From assembly GCF_033153115.1 (NCBI RefSeq), contig NW_026889796.1:4650001-4714000 (forward strand): 64,000 nucleotides of DNA, given 5' to 3'. The notes below the pieces were generated by a model. It worked only from the letters and a program-made list of their open reading frames with translations. It was not told where the DNA came from and searched no databases. The position numbers and the translations under genes were made by a program. Positions 37,712-50,119 of this stretch are shown here, in pieces. The stretch comes from Saccostrea echinata. Lineage: Eukaryota. Position 1 is the first letter of the stretch, and every line of letters begins with the position of its first letter.

Positions 37712-39112
37712 CAGGCTTGGGGTAATGCTAAATGTAATGGTAATCGAAATGCATTACTTGAACTCAAAGTAGTGCTAGTAATGTGTAATGCCAAAAAAAT
37801 TGCATTACATGATGTGGTAATGTAATGCATTACTTTCTCATATCCAGAGTAATGCTGGCATTACATAGCATTACAAAGCATTATTTTGTATATACCTATT
37901 TAAAAAAAATGAAAATTGCTGTATCTATTAATTACCACACATTTAAATTGTCGTACTTATTTTAGATAATATCTTATTTTAGAGAATATTTAAAATAGTT
38001 TTTAAAAATTACTTTTCAAAAATAATTCCGGTATGAGGTAAAGTAATTAATATACACTATAAACTGATAATTACCATCTATTGAATAGAGTGTCATCAGA
38101 ACACGCAATGCCTCTATGGTTTAACATTTTTAAAAAGCTATGTATGGCTTTGAGAAGTGCTTTAAAAAAAAAACAGTCCCTTTCTCCTGACTGTGTTTAT
38201 GAAACATTATATGATCTAGTTTGAGATAACCATGACAAATCCATTGTACTCAAATAGAAGACAAATTCTACTTTTAGCAGTGCAAAATGTACACACTGTC
38301 CAACCCTTTTTTGAAGTTTAACATTGCACTTAATTTTTTTTCATAAGGTACTTATAATTACTAGATTCAAACAATCGATGTCTTATTGATATAGATAGCT
38401 TTGGGGAGAGATTACGGACATACGCAACGTAGTTTGAACGTTATTGTCTTTTTCCCTGGAGTTGAAGAGTTCCAATACTTAATGGAACTGCGTGCTACAT
38501 TTTTATGTCTATATAAGTTGTTGTACACTTCTTCTAAAACAAGTTTGGATAAACAAAACATCTAGAATATATGTTTAGTAATTTTTGTGTATTTTTCTTT
38601 TAATTATACAAGAATTTTCTTCAATTGATATCTTTTCAAAACCCCTGGTAATGCATGCTGATTTTTTGTCTACGAACATCTGATGACACTATTATCTTAA
38701 ATTAAGAATATCTTGAAAAATTATCAGTATAGGTAAGGCGTATGTCCTTAAAGTGCCCCAAAAGTTATATTACTTTATGACATCAATAGTTACACGAAAA
38801 GTGCATATTGCACATGTTGTACATGTTTTTATCTTATTGGCAATTGAAAAGATTAAACTTCTTATGAATGATAAAAAGATTTGTAATTATTTACAGTGTA
38901 ATAAATACAAATACTTGAAATGAAATCAAATTTGAATTAACATTCATCGTGTTTAGTTTTGAAGGGGTGTGCATGTTAATGAAAATAGTTGCATAAGTTT
39001 TGCATTTCTATTTTGAAAAAAAAAAAACCAAAACAAAACAAAAGTAATAGTACATGTAACGATAATGCATTACATGTACTTTACTAAAGTATTAGTAATG
39101 TAATGTATTACT
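37712..39112. mobile_element. GTAAT/ATTAC-rich repeat element with a nested TIR element (38089-38690)
   Basis: CAGGCTTGGGGTAATG start and clusters of GTAATG/CATTAC near both ends; inner IR AGTGTCATCAGA / TCTGATGACACT. Confidence 0.5.
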
Positions 39113-40724
39113 TTAAGAAAATAGAGTCGTCGGAGATTTACGGAAATAGCCGAACATCAGATTGTAGAGGTCCGTGTTTGCTCTGTTCCTCATCTGTATT
39201 CTTTGAATGCACTTGTGAGCTTGAATACTGTTCGTTATCTCCATATTTCATTGAATATTCCAGAAAGTCAATGCTTAAATCTGAAGGAAAAAAAATCAAG
39301 ACTATCTTTAGTCCTTATAATTTCATTAAGTGCATTTAAGAAAGTAGATTAATCAGAACTACTATAGAACGGTATCACATATTATAAAAGCATACATTTG
39401 ATTTAAAACGAAATACCTGAATGATGTACTTTTTTGTTTTTGTTTTTTCCTTAAATTTCATGTTCTTAATTAGGTAAATTGGAGATGTTATTTTCAACTT
39501 AAATATGATATGCAAACTTGCATATTAGAACAGAAAATAAATATTTTACAATGTATTTTACATAAATATATTCCAAATTTTATAAATGATAGGTTTTCAA
39601 AAAAGTGTTCTGATGTAATCATTTTTTATATAAGGGTTTACTTTAATTCTTAATAACGTCTCCCTTCAAAAGCGTATGCACCAACACTTAAAAATTTCTG
39701 ACCACGTAAAATATTTTCATGCAATGTATTGCTTTTTCACAATTTATATCAAAATTCCAGAAGTTTACACAGCGTGCATAAACAGATATTTCAATGTGAA
39801 TAATGTCAATTTGTAAAACAATATCATGCACGCCATGATAAATGATAATAATAATCCAGAGAGATGGAGATGTACGTCTTTGTAATCAAAGGAACCTCAA
39901 AGCACTGACCGTCACGTGACCTCGAAGCAACCTCGTTTGTTCCCTCATTGGTAAAATTGAAGTTTGATAAATGAATAATGCAATTGTCAGAACAATTATA
40001 CAAGATGATATACATGTATGGATGTAAGCATAAAATCAGCATGTATATCACGTGATGATGCCGAAGATTTTTGCACAGCACAATGATAATTATCAAAATA
40101 CATTCATTCATTCATTCAAGTAAAGTGTCATTAACATCTGTAGCAAATTCAAGGCTTCAGAACCAACTTTTCTCTTTATTTATTTTTTTGTTTTGACTAC
40201 TGCAATTATCTGGAAACTCATCATCTAGAGTTGCTTTTATACATTACAAGCTCCCGTTCGAGGGGGGGGGGTCTTTTGATTACGTTTCGTAAAATCATAA
40301 ATTATTCTCTGATTAAAATGACAACAGAAATGAAATGCATTAATAACATTTATTAGGATTTGATATAAAACAATAACTCTACCGGAACAATAATAAAAAA
40401 AAATTAAATAAAAAAAAAAAAAATAACGCCTCCTTTCCCCCACATAATACATGTAACACATTTTTTGATTGAGGATGTCACACGGGAGATTACATTAATT
40501 TGATAAGTTATTTATCAAAATTCATAATAAAGATGTTTTCCCTGAATCAATGTCATAAAAATACACATAACACATGAAATATTTGTTAAAGTCATGTTTC
40601 TTGGGAAAATAAGCCCAAATTAGGTCTTCATGGAATTTCATACATGTAAATGCTATAGCGATAAATTATAAGGAACGCTATGATCACTTTAGAGTAAGGA
40701 AGAAGGGGTAATGCGCGCACTTTG

Positions 40725-40991
40725 CAGACCCGTAGCAACGGTTTCAAAAGTGGGGAGGGGGCAGCCCCCCTCCCCACAAAAAAGCTCTCCAAAAAAGGGG
40801 GGAGACTTCTTACCTAATCAATCTGTCAAAAAAAAAACTGTCCAAATCCCGGAATTTAATTGCCAGCGCTCGACATTACATCAAGAAAAAGTGGGAGGGG
40901 GGAAGAAAACAGCATCTAAATGAAAATTTACTATAACAGAATATCATACTAAAAAAAGTCGCCCCTCCCCCACCTGCGTTCTACGGGCCTG
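40725..40991. mobile_element. MITE of the CAGG-CGTAG family
   Basis: CAGACCCGTAG...CTACGGGCCTG; flanks CTTTG/TTTTG. Confidence 0.55.
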
Positions 40992-41386
40992 TTTTGTAGA
41001 TACATTTTAATTTAAAAAATGATTAAGTTTTAATAAGTTTTAAGCTCTTAAAATAATATTTTTTAACATTTCAATAAAAAACTTTTTGTGAACAAAATAT
41101 GCAGTTAAATTAACGTTGCTATTTTGATCTGGCAACACGGCGAAATGTTGTAAAGGAATATTAATTGCTTACAAGTTGCTTTCTTTTCTAAATGTAAATT
41201 TTAAAAGGTCTCACGATATAATAGTGAAAATACGAGAATTAAAAAAAAAACACGTCTGAGTAAATGAAAATGCACTCTGGAAGTAAATTTGTAAATAGAA
41301 TATGTCATGATTTTAGAATTACATTAACATACTGTTTGCTAAGGCGACGAATTGTCACATAACCGTTACATTGCATACCATGGATC

Positions 41387-41776
41387 TATATATATACCCT
41401 GGGGTACATGTATGTCCGTAACATTTAACCAGGAAGCCTGTACCTTGTATTGTCCGATCTGTAGAGATAGGAGCGTACCCAACAAAGGTAAGGCGAATTT
41501 TTGCAGAATTTTCATTATTTAATTCATTTATTGTAAAAGATTAAATTAAAAATTAAAAATGATTTTTTTTTTGCTTTCCAACTTCCTTTCTAGGTGTAAA
41601 TTTGGTGCATTAATTTAAATCAAACATGTGTTGGAATGTCCAGTGTATAATGTATAATATATAATGTACAGAAGAATCTTCTGTACGATTACAAGTTAAA
41701 CAATGTTGTACAATTATGAATGAAAAAATACATAAGTATTTATATAAATTTTTTAATAAAATAAAAACTCAACAAT

Positions 41777-41835
<59 letters not shown>

Positions 41836-42457
41836 TGGGTGGGTGGGTGGGTGGGGGGTTGGATGTCTTTTTTTTTCTATGCAAGAATGATCGTAGTCCA
41901 TATAAATCTTGAGCACATTTTCTTATTTCATAAATACTGTAAAATGGATTGTAAATAATTAATTAATCATACATTTTGACAGAATGTTAAGGATAATTTT
42001 CAGTGTAGTTTAATCTTCCTACCTTTGTGTTGATATACAAGCTAATTTCTTTGATTTGGACTGCATCGGTTTTAGCTATAATTTAGCTATAATTTAAAAG
42101 ATTGTTATAAGTCACATAATTAAATATGTGTGATTTGAGAAAATGAGACAAAATTTTTATTTTCCTGGTTTTTAATGAAAATGTTATTCATTTTTAGAAA
42201 TCTATTTATTATTTATTCTATTTATTTATTTATTTGTTAATTTACATGTGTTTAGGGCCTATTTCTTTATTACATGTAACAACTATTTATTCATTTATTT
42301 TCATATTTTAAATTAATAATTTAATTATCCAACTAATATCTATTGATTACTTATTTATTGCTTTCAGATGAGCATAACGATAATCGCCTTCCTGGCTGTT
42401 GTCTTCCTTGTCGGACTACAAATTCCATTTATACGAGCATGCGCTTTAATGATGTAA
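41387..42457 (+). pseudogene. Truncated secreted-protein gene (signal peptide only) or tiny secreted-peptide gene
   Basis: TATATATATA at about 41387; donor AAG|GTAAGG at 41487/41488; acceptor TTTCAG|ATG at 42368; ORF MSITIIAFLAVVFLVGLQIPFIRACALMM*. Confidence 0.5.
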
Positions 42458-42831
42458 ACTCAGACAGCTTGATTGAGTGACTATACCTTGACCAAGCAAT
42501 TGGCCTATTTTGCAGCAGTACTAAACACAGAGTGATCAATACAGATCAAGCATCAAACAATATGACCTGCAATAAGAGTTGGTTAAATATTAAGTCATTT
42601 TTCTGTTTTCAGCAAATATTGGAAAAATGCACTTTTATGAAAACATTGTGTGTACCACAGCTAAGCAAAGAATTTGAATCTCTATTCATTTTCTTCATTT
42701 GAAAGACTTTTGTAAACTCTGCAAAAGGAAGATTTTTTGTTATCAAATGTTTAAATATTCAACATGAAATATCTGTCTTTCTCCTCATTTGCTGTTTAAT
42801 GTATATTTGCAAAAGGACAAGTAAAAAAAAA

Positions 42832-44206
42832 AGCCTTTATCTAATTTAAGGCTATCACCTATTGGGGTCGTAGCAAAAAAGGATGGGGGTTGGCGTCTCA
42901 TCCACCACCTTTCATATATATATCCTTCTAATTTTAGTGTTAATGATTTCATAGACCCTGAATCTTGTTCTGTTCATTACACTTCTTTTGACGAGGTGTT
43001 GGACATGATAGGGGCACTGGGAAAAGGGACTTATCTTGGAAAAATGGATGTTAAATCAGCTTTTAGATTACTTCCGGTTCACCCTTCTGACCATCAATTA
43101 CTTGGTTTCAAATTCAATGATCAATATTATTATGATATGTGTCTACCAATGGGTTGTTCAATTAGTTGTGCTTTATGGGAAAAGTTTGCACACTTTATTC
43201 AGTGGGTTGTAGAAGTAAAAACTGGAGTTCACACTTTGAACCATTACTTAGACGATTTCATATTTGCTGGAGGCACATTAGAAATATGTAACTTGTTGAT
43301 GTTTTCATTCAAAAGTACCTGCTCTGATTTTGGTATCCCTCTTGCAGAAGAGAAAACAGAAGGTCCAAAAACAGTTCTTACGTTCTTGGGTATAGAAATT
43401 GATACAGATAATATGGTTATTAGAATTCCTGAAGAAAAAATTATCGATCTGGAGAAATCACTGCTAGAGATGTTACAAAAAACAAAAGTTACACTGAGAG
43501 AATTACAATCTTTAGTAGGTTCCCTAAATTTTTGTGCTAAAGCTATTCCATCTGCTAGGGCCTTCAACAGAAGATTTTGTGATGCTATGTGTGGAATAAA
43601 ATATTCCAGTCATTTCATTAGGGTAACAAAGGGAATGAAATCCGACCCTCATGTGTGGCTAGAATTTATACACAGGTTCAATGGTAGTTTAAATTTCATG
43701 AATGTTAATTGGTTGTCTAACAACCACTTCATCTATACACTGATAGTGCAGGCAATCAACATTTAGGGTGCGGCGTTTACCTTCATGGGCAATGGGCATA
43801 TTTTGGTTGGCCGGATAGCTGGAAGAAGCCAGATATTATGTTAGACATAACGTTTTTAGAGTTAGTGCCAATTGTCCTTGCAATTTTCTTATTTAAGAAT
43901 GAATTCCTCGACAAGAAGATATTGCTACACACTGACAATAAAGCTTTAGTTTCCATTTTAAACAAAAAATCATCAAGATCACCTCGGGTTATGGAATTGG
44001 TTAGGCCATTAGTTTTGCAATCTATGGTAAACAATATTTACTTCAAAGCTTGTCATATAGATGGTTATAACAATGCTATAGCTGATTCTATTTCTCGCAA
44101 ACAGTGGACCAGATTTCGTGTTCTCGCCCCCAAATCCGATCAACACCCAACACCTATTCCAGAAGATTTTATAAAAATGATCTTGGAGCTGAAATTAAAC
44201 GCCTGA
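42832..44206 (+). pseudogene. DIRS-type reverse transcriptase / RNase H (frameshifted)
   Basis: SPIGVVAKKDGGWRLIHHLS, KMDVKSAFRLLP, LPMGCSIS, YLDDF; after the shift LYTDSA, LELVPI, HTDNKA, NAIADSISR. Confidence 0.92.
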
Positions 44207-45082
44207 CGCTAAATTCGGTATCATTAAATACAAGACAAACATACTCCACTAGTCTAAGAAGTTTTGAGCAATTTAGAATTTTGTATGAACTGCGTTCTAT
44301 TTGGCCCCCACCTGTTCCACACATCTGTATGTTTATCGCTCATTTATCCCTGCAAGGTTTGACTCATGCTACCATTTCATCCTATATATCAGGAATAAGT
44401 TTCAAATGCAAAATATTGGGATTCTGTGACAACACAAAAAAATTTTTAATTAGAAAATTGTTGGAAGGAATCAAAAGGTCAAACCATTCAAAAGATTGTA
44501 GACTTCCTATCACAAAACACATTCTTGAGAAACTCATAAAAACAACATCTTTAGTTAAACTTTGAGGCCATCCTTTTTTCAACAGCATTTTCAGTAGCAT
44601 ATCATGCTTTTCTTAGAGTCGGTGAATTTACTTTTAGTTGTTCAAATCAAGCAAATCCAATTATTTCTTGCAAACATATAAAGTTTATAAAAAACGAAGA
44701 TTCTGGGGAAAGTTTCATAGAGCTTCGAGTTCCTTTCTCAAAAACTGACCAACTTGGGAAAGGGACATCCGTATTTTTGCAACAAACAAAGAATTCTATC
44801 TGTCCAGTTGAGTGGCTGAAAAGGTACATTGCTACAAGGCCAAAATTTGACGGCCAGTTATTTATACATATGGACGGTAGTCCTTTCACAAGGTTTCAGT
44901 TCTGTTCGTTATTAAATAAGACTCTTGAAGTAGCCGGCCTTCCAAACTCACGATACAAATCTCACTCTTTCCGTATTGGGGCCGCGTCAGATAGTTTCTC
45001 TTACGGTCATTCGGAAACAGAAATAAAAAAGCAAGGTAGATGGAGTTCGAATGCCTTCAAAAGGTATATTAGGATTAAGTGA
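44104..45082 (+). pseudogene. Tyrosine recombinase (frameshifted)
   Basis: Catalytic motifs FLRVGE, SKTDQ, HSFRIGAA, GRWSS..FKRY. Confidence 0.92.
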
Positions 45083-45114
45083 TGTCCTCAATTGATTTTC
45101 GTATTTTTATATAG

Positions 45115-45689
45115 GAAGTGAAAAGGTTATTTGGACTGTTGGTTCTTCAATTATTAAGTGGGCGTTCTACTATGCAAGAAAATCCTTAGATGGTATGGAT
45201 TTAGGTTTAAGACGAGGAAACTACAGAATTTTTTGGCAGGGAAAGGGAGGTATGAAATGGTTTGACCTTATTCCAAAAATAAAGCTTTTGTTAAGGTATG
45301 AATCTCCACCAGAAATTTTAATTATTCATTGTGGAGGTAATGATATAGGTAAAATTCCATTATTGCAACTACGGTCCATTATGAGTTCAACACTCGAGGA
45401 ACTTAAACAACTACTCCCTAAAACTACACTTGTTTGGTCAAATATGTTGCCAAGAATTTCATGGCGTTTTAGTTCAAACTCGAAAGCGCAAAATCTTGCT
45501 ACTGTCAGACTCAATAATTTTATGAATCATTTAATCACTGTCAATGGTGGGTTCTTTATCAAATACCCAGAGATTACTTGGGATTCAAAAGAAATGTTTA
45601 GTAGTGACGGAGTTCACCTGTCATACTTCGGTAATTGTTTCTTGCTATTCAACTTACAAAGGACTCTGCAAGAATGTGTTTTACTATAA
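45115..45689 (+). CDS. SGNH/GDSL hydrolase ORF of the retroelement
   Basis: Blocks IWTVGSSI (GSS at 45141-45149), WQGKGG, HCGGND and DGVHL in one open frame. Confidence 0.85.
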
Positions 45690-45911
45690 AATGGTAAATA
45701 TGTAGATTGATCTTCAAGATGTGGCCACACTTACACATACTTTGCGTCTCTCATTCCATCTAACTTTGTTGGCGGTGGTTGTCCTTTTCATCGGACAACC
45801 ATTTGGCGGTTATTCGAGACGCCTTCTATGATACAAGTATTTTTTCACAACTTCTGCTGAGTATCTGCTCACCCAGTACCAGTATGAATGTTGTCACTAT
45901 TCACATTTTAA

Positions 45912-46050
45912 GGAATTTATAAGGATAAGGATTATAAGGTTTATAAGGATAAGGATATATAAGGTTTATAAGGATAAGGATTATAAGGTTTATAAGGATA
46001 AGGATTATAAGGTTTATATATAAGGATAAGGATTATAAAGTTTATAAGGA
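45912..46050 (+). repeat. ATAAGG-based minisatellite (~24-bp unit ATAAGGATAAGGATTATAAGGTTT)
   Basis: Direct tandem copies within the retroelement 3' region. Confidence 0.85.
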
Positions 46051-46189
46051 TTAATGTTATATACGATTAAATAAAGTATATATTGTATTATGTAGGTCGT
46101 GACCACAAACGCCAACTCAAAAATAAATAATTATAAGAAGTTATGCTTGTCTTCATCGTCTTTAATAATAAGATTTATTTCCTTTACGA

Positions 46190-46820
46190 AACAAGAAAAC
46201 ATTGATGTAACCATCAATTGTCGCCCGGGAAATAAATAAAGTAAACAATTGAAATGAGTCTTGATCATCAAACCGCTTCGATATGTGTGAAAAAGGCATG
46301 CGTCTAAATGATGGAGACAATAGTCGAGAATATTTTGAAAACTTATAGTCGGATGAAAATCGAACAAAAACGATACCCTTTTAAACTTTATCAATTTCTC
46401 AAGTAAATGTTGGCTGCATAAAATATAATTTGAAACCAGACACATGCATCACCTATTTTCAAAAATGTCTTTCACTTTAAGAATATAAAACACGAACTGT
46501 GTAAAGTACATTTTTACGTTTTTATGCGATAAGTAAAATTCGATGTTCTAAAAAAAGGGACCTGTCGTTTTTTCGATAGTAAATGATAAGCAACTTTATA
46601 TATTAAATATGAAAAACATATATATTTTTACAGATTCACTTTATGTAAGTAAATATATTGTGTATCTCGTAATTTATAAAGGGAAAGAACATTCTGATTA
46701 ACAATCTTTTTAATGTTTAGAAAAACCTTTAATTCTGAATAACTTCTCCCACCTCAATCCCCATATACCAACACTTAAACTTATATGTATAGAGCAGCCC
46801 GGTCCTCCGGGCTGCAATAA
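46190..46820 (+). mobile_element. 631-bp unit abutting the Ngaro 3' region (second copy of 23559..24189)
   Basis: Near-identical inverted copy; ends in the GC-rich hairpin followed by AATAA. Confidence 0.9.
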
Positions 46821-47236
46821 ATCCAATTATTACAGCGATGGTTACTGTTGTGCATGAGATCCGCGCCTTAGATTTGTGCGCGTAATGTCCTGCTGTAGAT
46901 GACGTTATCGCCGTTTATGTTTGACGTCACAATATTTGTTACAAAGAAGTGGGGGGGGGGGGGACCACCCTTTCAATGAACATTTTTTTTTATAGAAAAA
47001 GATTATGTTTTGGAAAAAAAAAGTTGGGGGACCCCCCCCCCCCCCGATTCTACGTGCCTGTTATCTCATTCAATTTTGATTTTGTTTAAACAATAATAAT
47101 GATGATGACGATGTTACTTGATGATGATGGTGATGGCATTAAAGAATTTTCAGGACAACTGGAATGACTTTGAATTTTCTTTTTCTTTATTGAAATTTTA
47201 TCATCTTCATTATATATAGTGAAATAGTAAAATTAC

Positions 47237-50119
47237 TTGGGTTTAGATAGCGTAGACATAAATGTTACGGTTTTTCTGTCTCCGTAACAAAGTGCCATAA
47301 TAAGCCCACTTTGCTTTACAACAATCTCTCCTCGCTGTAGTTTTAAGCCCTTTAACGACCTTGGCATTCCCTTCCTACACACCCTTACAGTGCCCGTCAT
47401 GTAAGTGTTTGCCTCAAAGAGAGCAGAACAAAGAGCTGGGCTGGAGAAGTAGTTGTCACAGACTAGATGGTGATATCTGTACAGATAGGGATGGATCAAC
47501 TGCATCACCACATCGTACCCAACACCGTGGGGACTGCGAGCGACACCCTCTTGTCTACCTGTACACGAATAAATTATTTTCAGTGAAATATTCCTTTTCT
47601 TGTTTCAATTTGATAAGTAGTCTTAAAATGAACAGGGTCGTATAAGGCGTTCGCAATCCCATTTTTAACAATGAAGAATTAGGGACATGTATATAGAATA
47701 GGTTCAATGTCAGAGTCTCAATATTCCAATACGTATGCTTTTTTATGATCTTGTGAAAATATATGCACATTTATCAACAAATATGATAGTCTAAACCATC
47801 AAAGAATGCCAAATCTGTAATTATTACTTCATTCGCGATTTAATGAGCCACTACAACACCGGACTATTAATCATCTAAAAACTTTATGGTATATTTTGTA
47901 AACTTTTGTATCACAGATTTTAAAGAAATATTGTTTATCAGGATTTTATATTATATATTTTTACATTATGCAATTAACTCGAATTGCTTTGAGTGAATGG
48001 ATTTAATATCTGATTTAAAAATACATAGTGATCAAAGCAGATTCCTAGACAATTTTCAAGAAAATAAAATTAACAATCAGAGTGCAAATAAGAGTTGTTT
48101 ATGTGGTCCCGCATTTTTGGCGATGAATATTTTTTTTTTTTTTGGACTACGAGAGTGTACATGTTTGAATCTGATTATTGTCTTTTCATTATTTCCCCCT
48201 TAAAGCCAGTTGTCCTTACATTGTAAATGCTGGGGTTCGATAGGCCTTGGACGCCCCTGTTAAGCAAACGATAGAATAAATTAAATGCATGTATTTGCGG
48301 TATCAGTAACCTGCATATAATTGAATTGCGGCATTGTAGCCTGTGTCCGATTCTGCCAGCGCAAACAACTTTGCTCCCCACTGATGAGACTTTTTAGCCG
48401 GCACATACTGTACAATGTCGTTTCTACCCTTTGTAATGTAAAAAGACAGTTATTGTGTATATATCGTTATTTGGATTAAAAAATATATGAAATGCAGTGC
48501 ATGTATATGATTAATGATACATATTTCAGTATTAATGAAAGATATAAGAGATTGTTGAGATGAATATATTTTTCAATGTTTTAAAACTTTTAATATTTTT
48601 TATACCTTAAATCCAACCATACTCTCATCAATGGTTAGATCTCGGGCTAAGTCATATGCGTTTGGAAATGTTTTGTTGAGAAGATCCAAAATAGGTCTAA
48701 ACTTGTGTGATGGATCATAATTGTCATTTCCACGTGGTACTTGCTTTGAATTATCATTGCAGTGAAGAAACTTTGACAATATTTGAAACCTGTCTCGCGT
48801 CATGATTTCGGGAAATCCAGGTGTACGGAAAAGAAAGGATTGTTCTGAATCCTGCCAGTATGCCTCTATACTGGGTTTCCGCAAAATACCCATTGACAGG
48901 TATAAACCTAAGTAGGCAGACATTTCATCAACATTTGTTTCAGACCACTGAAGACATCTTGAGTATGGCATAGGACTATATTGAGGATTAGATAAAAACT
49001 GATCCGCATGTCTATTTGTTTCTTCCACCAAAATTTCAATTAAATTTCTCCCTTCTTCTGGAAAGGTTAACTTGTGAAAATACTCAAGAGGTAAGGCATC
49101 AACCCTCGGGGGGCTTACTGGACCCAAACGGCGACAGAAAGAATTAATTTCATGTGGGTACTCAAAGTTTTCGACATACCGTACATTTGTCCATAATCTC
49201 TCAATGAATGGAATTTCTCCGTCGTCAGTTTCAGACTCATCATCTGTTTGGAACTCATAATCAGATTCACTTTCCGATGTAGAATCCATGATATCAAAGA
49301 GCACCGTATAAATGACGTAATTAATTAATAAAATGACGTAATTTTTGAGATTTTACGGGAAATTTCGCATAAAATTTGAAGCCTTTTATCATTCCTGTAA
49401 AAGTTGTTTTACTATAAAAAGTGTACAGGTAGTTATCAATTTAATCAGCTTTTATTTAACAGCAAAGCAATTTATCTATCGTATCATAATGTTTATAATG
49501 TGTTTATTTAATTAAAGAATTAATAAATCATAATTATAGTAATTTTATATTTTTTTATCACATGCATTAACAAAACGCACAAGAATATTCTTTAAGGCAT
49601 AAGGTGCATAGGTAAACAAAGACGTTACTTTTCTCTTAATTATAGTTTTTATCAACTAAACTTGTCATTAAATTTAAAATGCCACCTCATATGTAATAAT
49701 TTTAGAATCGACCACTTGCTCTCTATGGACGGGTAGAATAATTCAAAATTTAAAAAAAAAAAGAAAAAAAAGGGGGTTTGTTACCGACAGTAAAACTTAA
49801 TTTTTGTTACGGACGAAAATGTCAAAAACATACATGAATAATATTTCTCTTTAAACTTTAAAAATGAATTTACATTTAAACGTATTTTAATTTATAATAA
49901 AAAAATAAAGTAAATTAAAGAACTAACATTTAATTTTTATTTTATTTTAGCTTTCAATTATTTATCTATTTTTCAGTGCCAGACAAACAAAGTTTTCCAA
50001 AATTTACCAAAATTACTTTACATATCACGGAAATAAAACAATGACGTTGCGGGGGACATATATGTCCTTCCCGCAGTGAACGGTAAAAGGACATATATGT
50101 CCTTCCCGCAGCCAGAGGG
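47237..50119 (-). mobile_element. 3'-truncated piggyBac element with spliced transposase, join(49289..48606,48428..48311,47558..47237)
   Basis: End TTAA|CCCTCTGGCTGCGGGAAGG with two GGACATATATGTCC palindromes. Spliced frame has MTRDRFQIL..LHCND, TIDESMVGFK|GR..QYVPAKK..WGAKLFALAESDTGY, CDNYFSS, GTVR. The third catalytic Asp region and the other TIR are absent. Confidence 0.9.

Larger units (their letters stand above)
42832..46188 (+). mobile_element. 5'-truncated Ngaro/DIRS-type tyrosine-recombinase retrotransposon
   Basis: RT, RNase H, overlapping YR and SGNH ORFs in Ngaro order; no gag; frameshifts near 43725 and 44560. The 3' end may extend to 46820. Confidence 0.92.

Noticed and set aside
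23559-46820. Inversion mediated by the two inverted 631-bp copies, to explain the opposite strand of paralog D
   Set aside because: Both flanks of the 23559 copy rejoin into one continuous C1q signal peptide, so no exchange has occurred between the copies.
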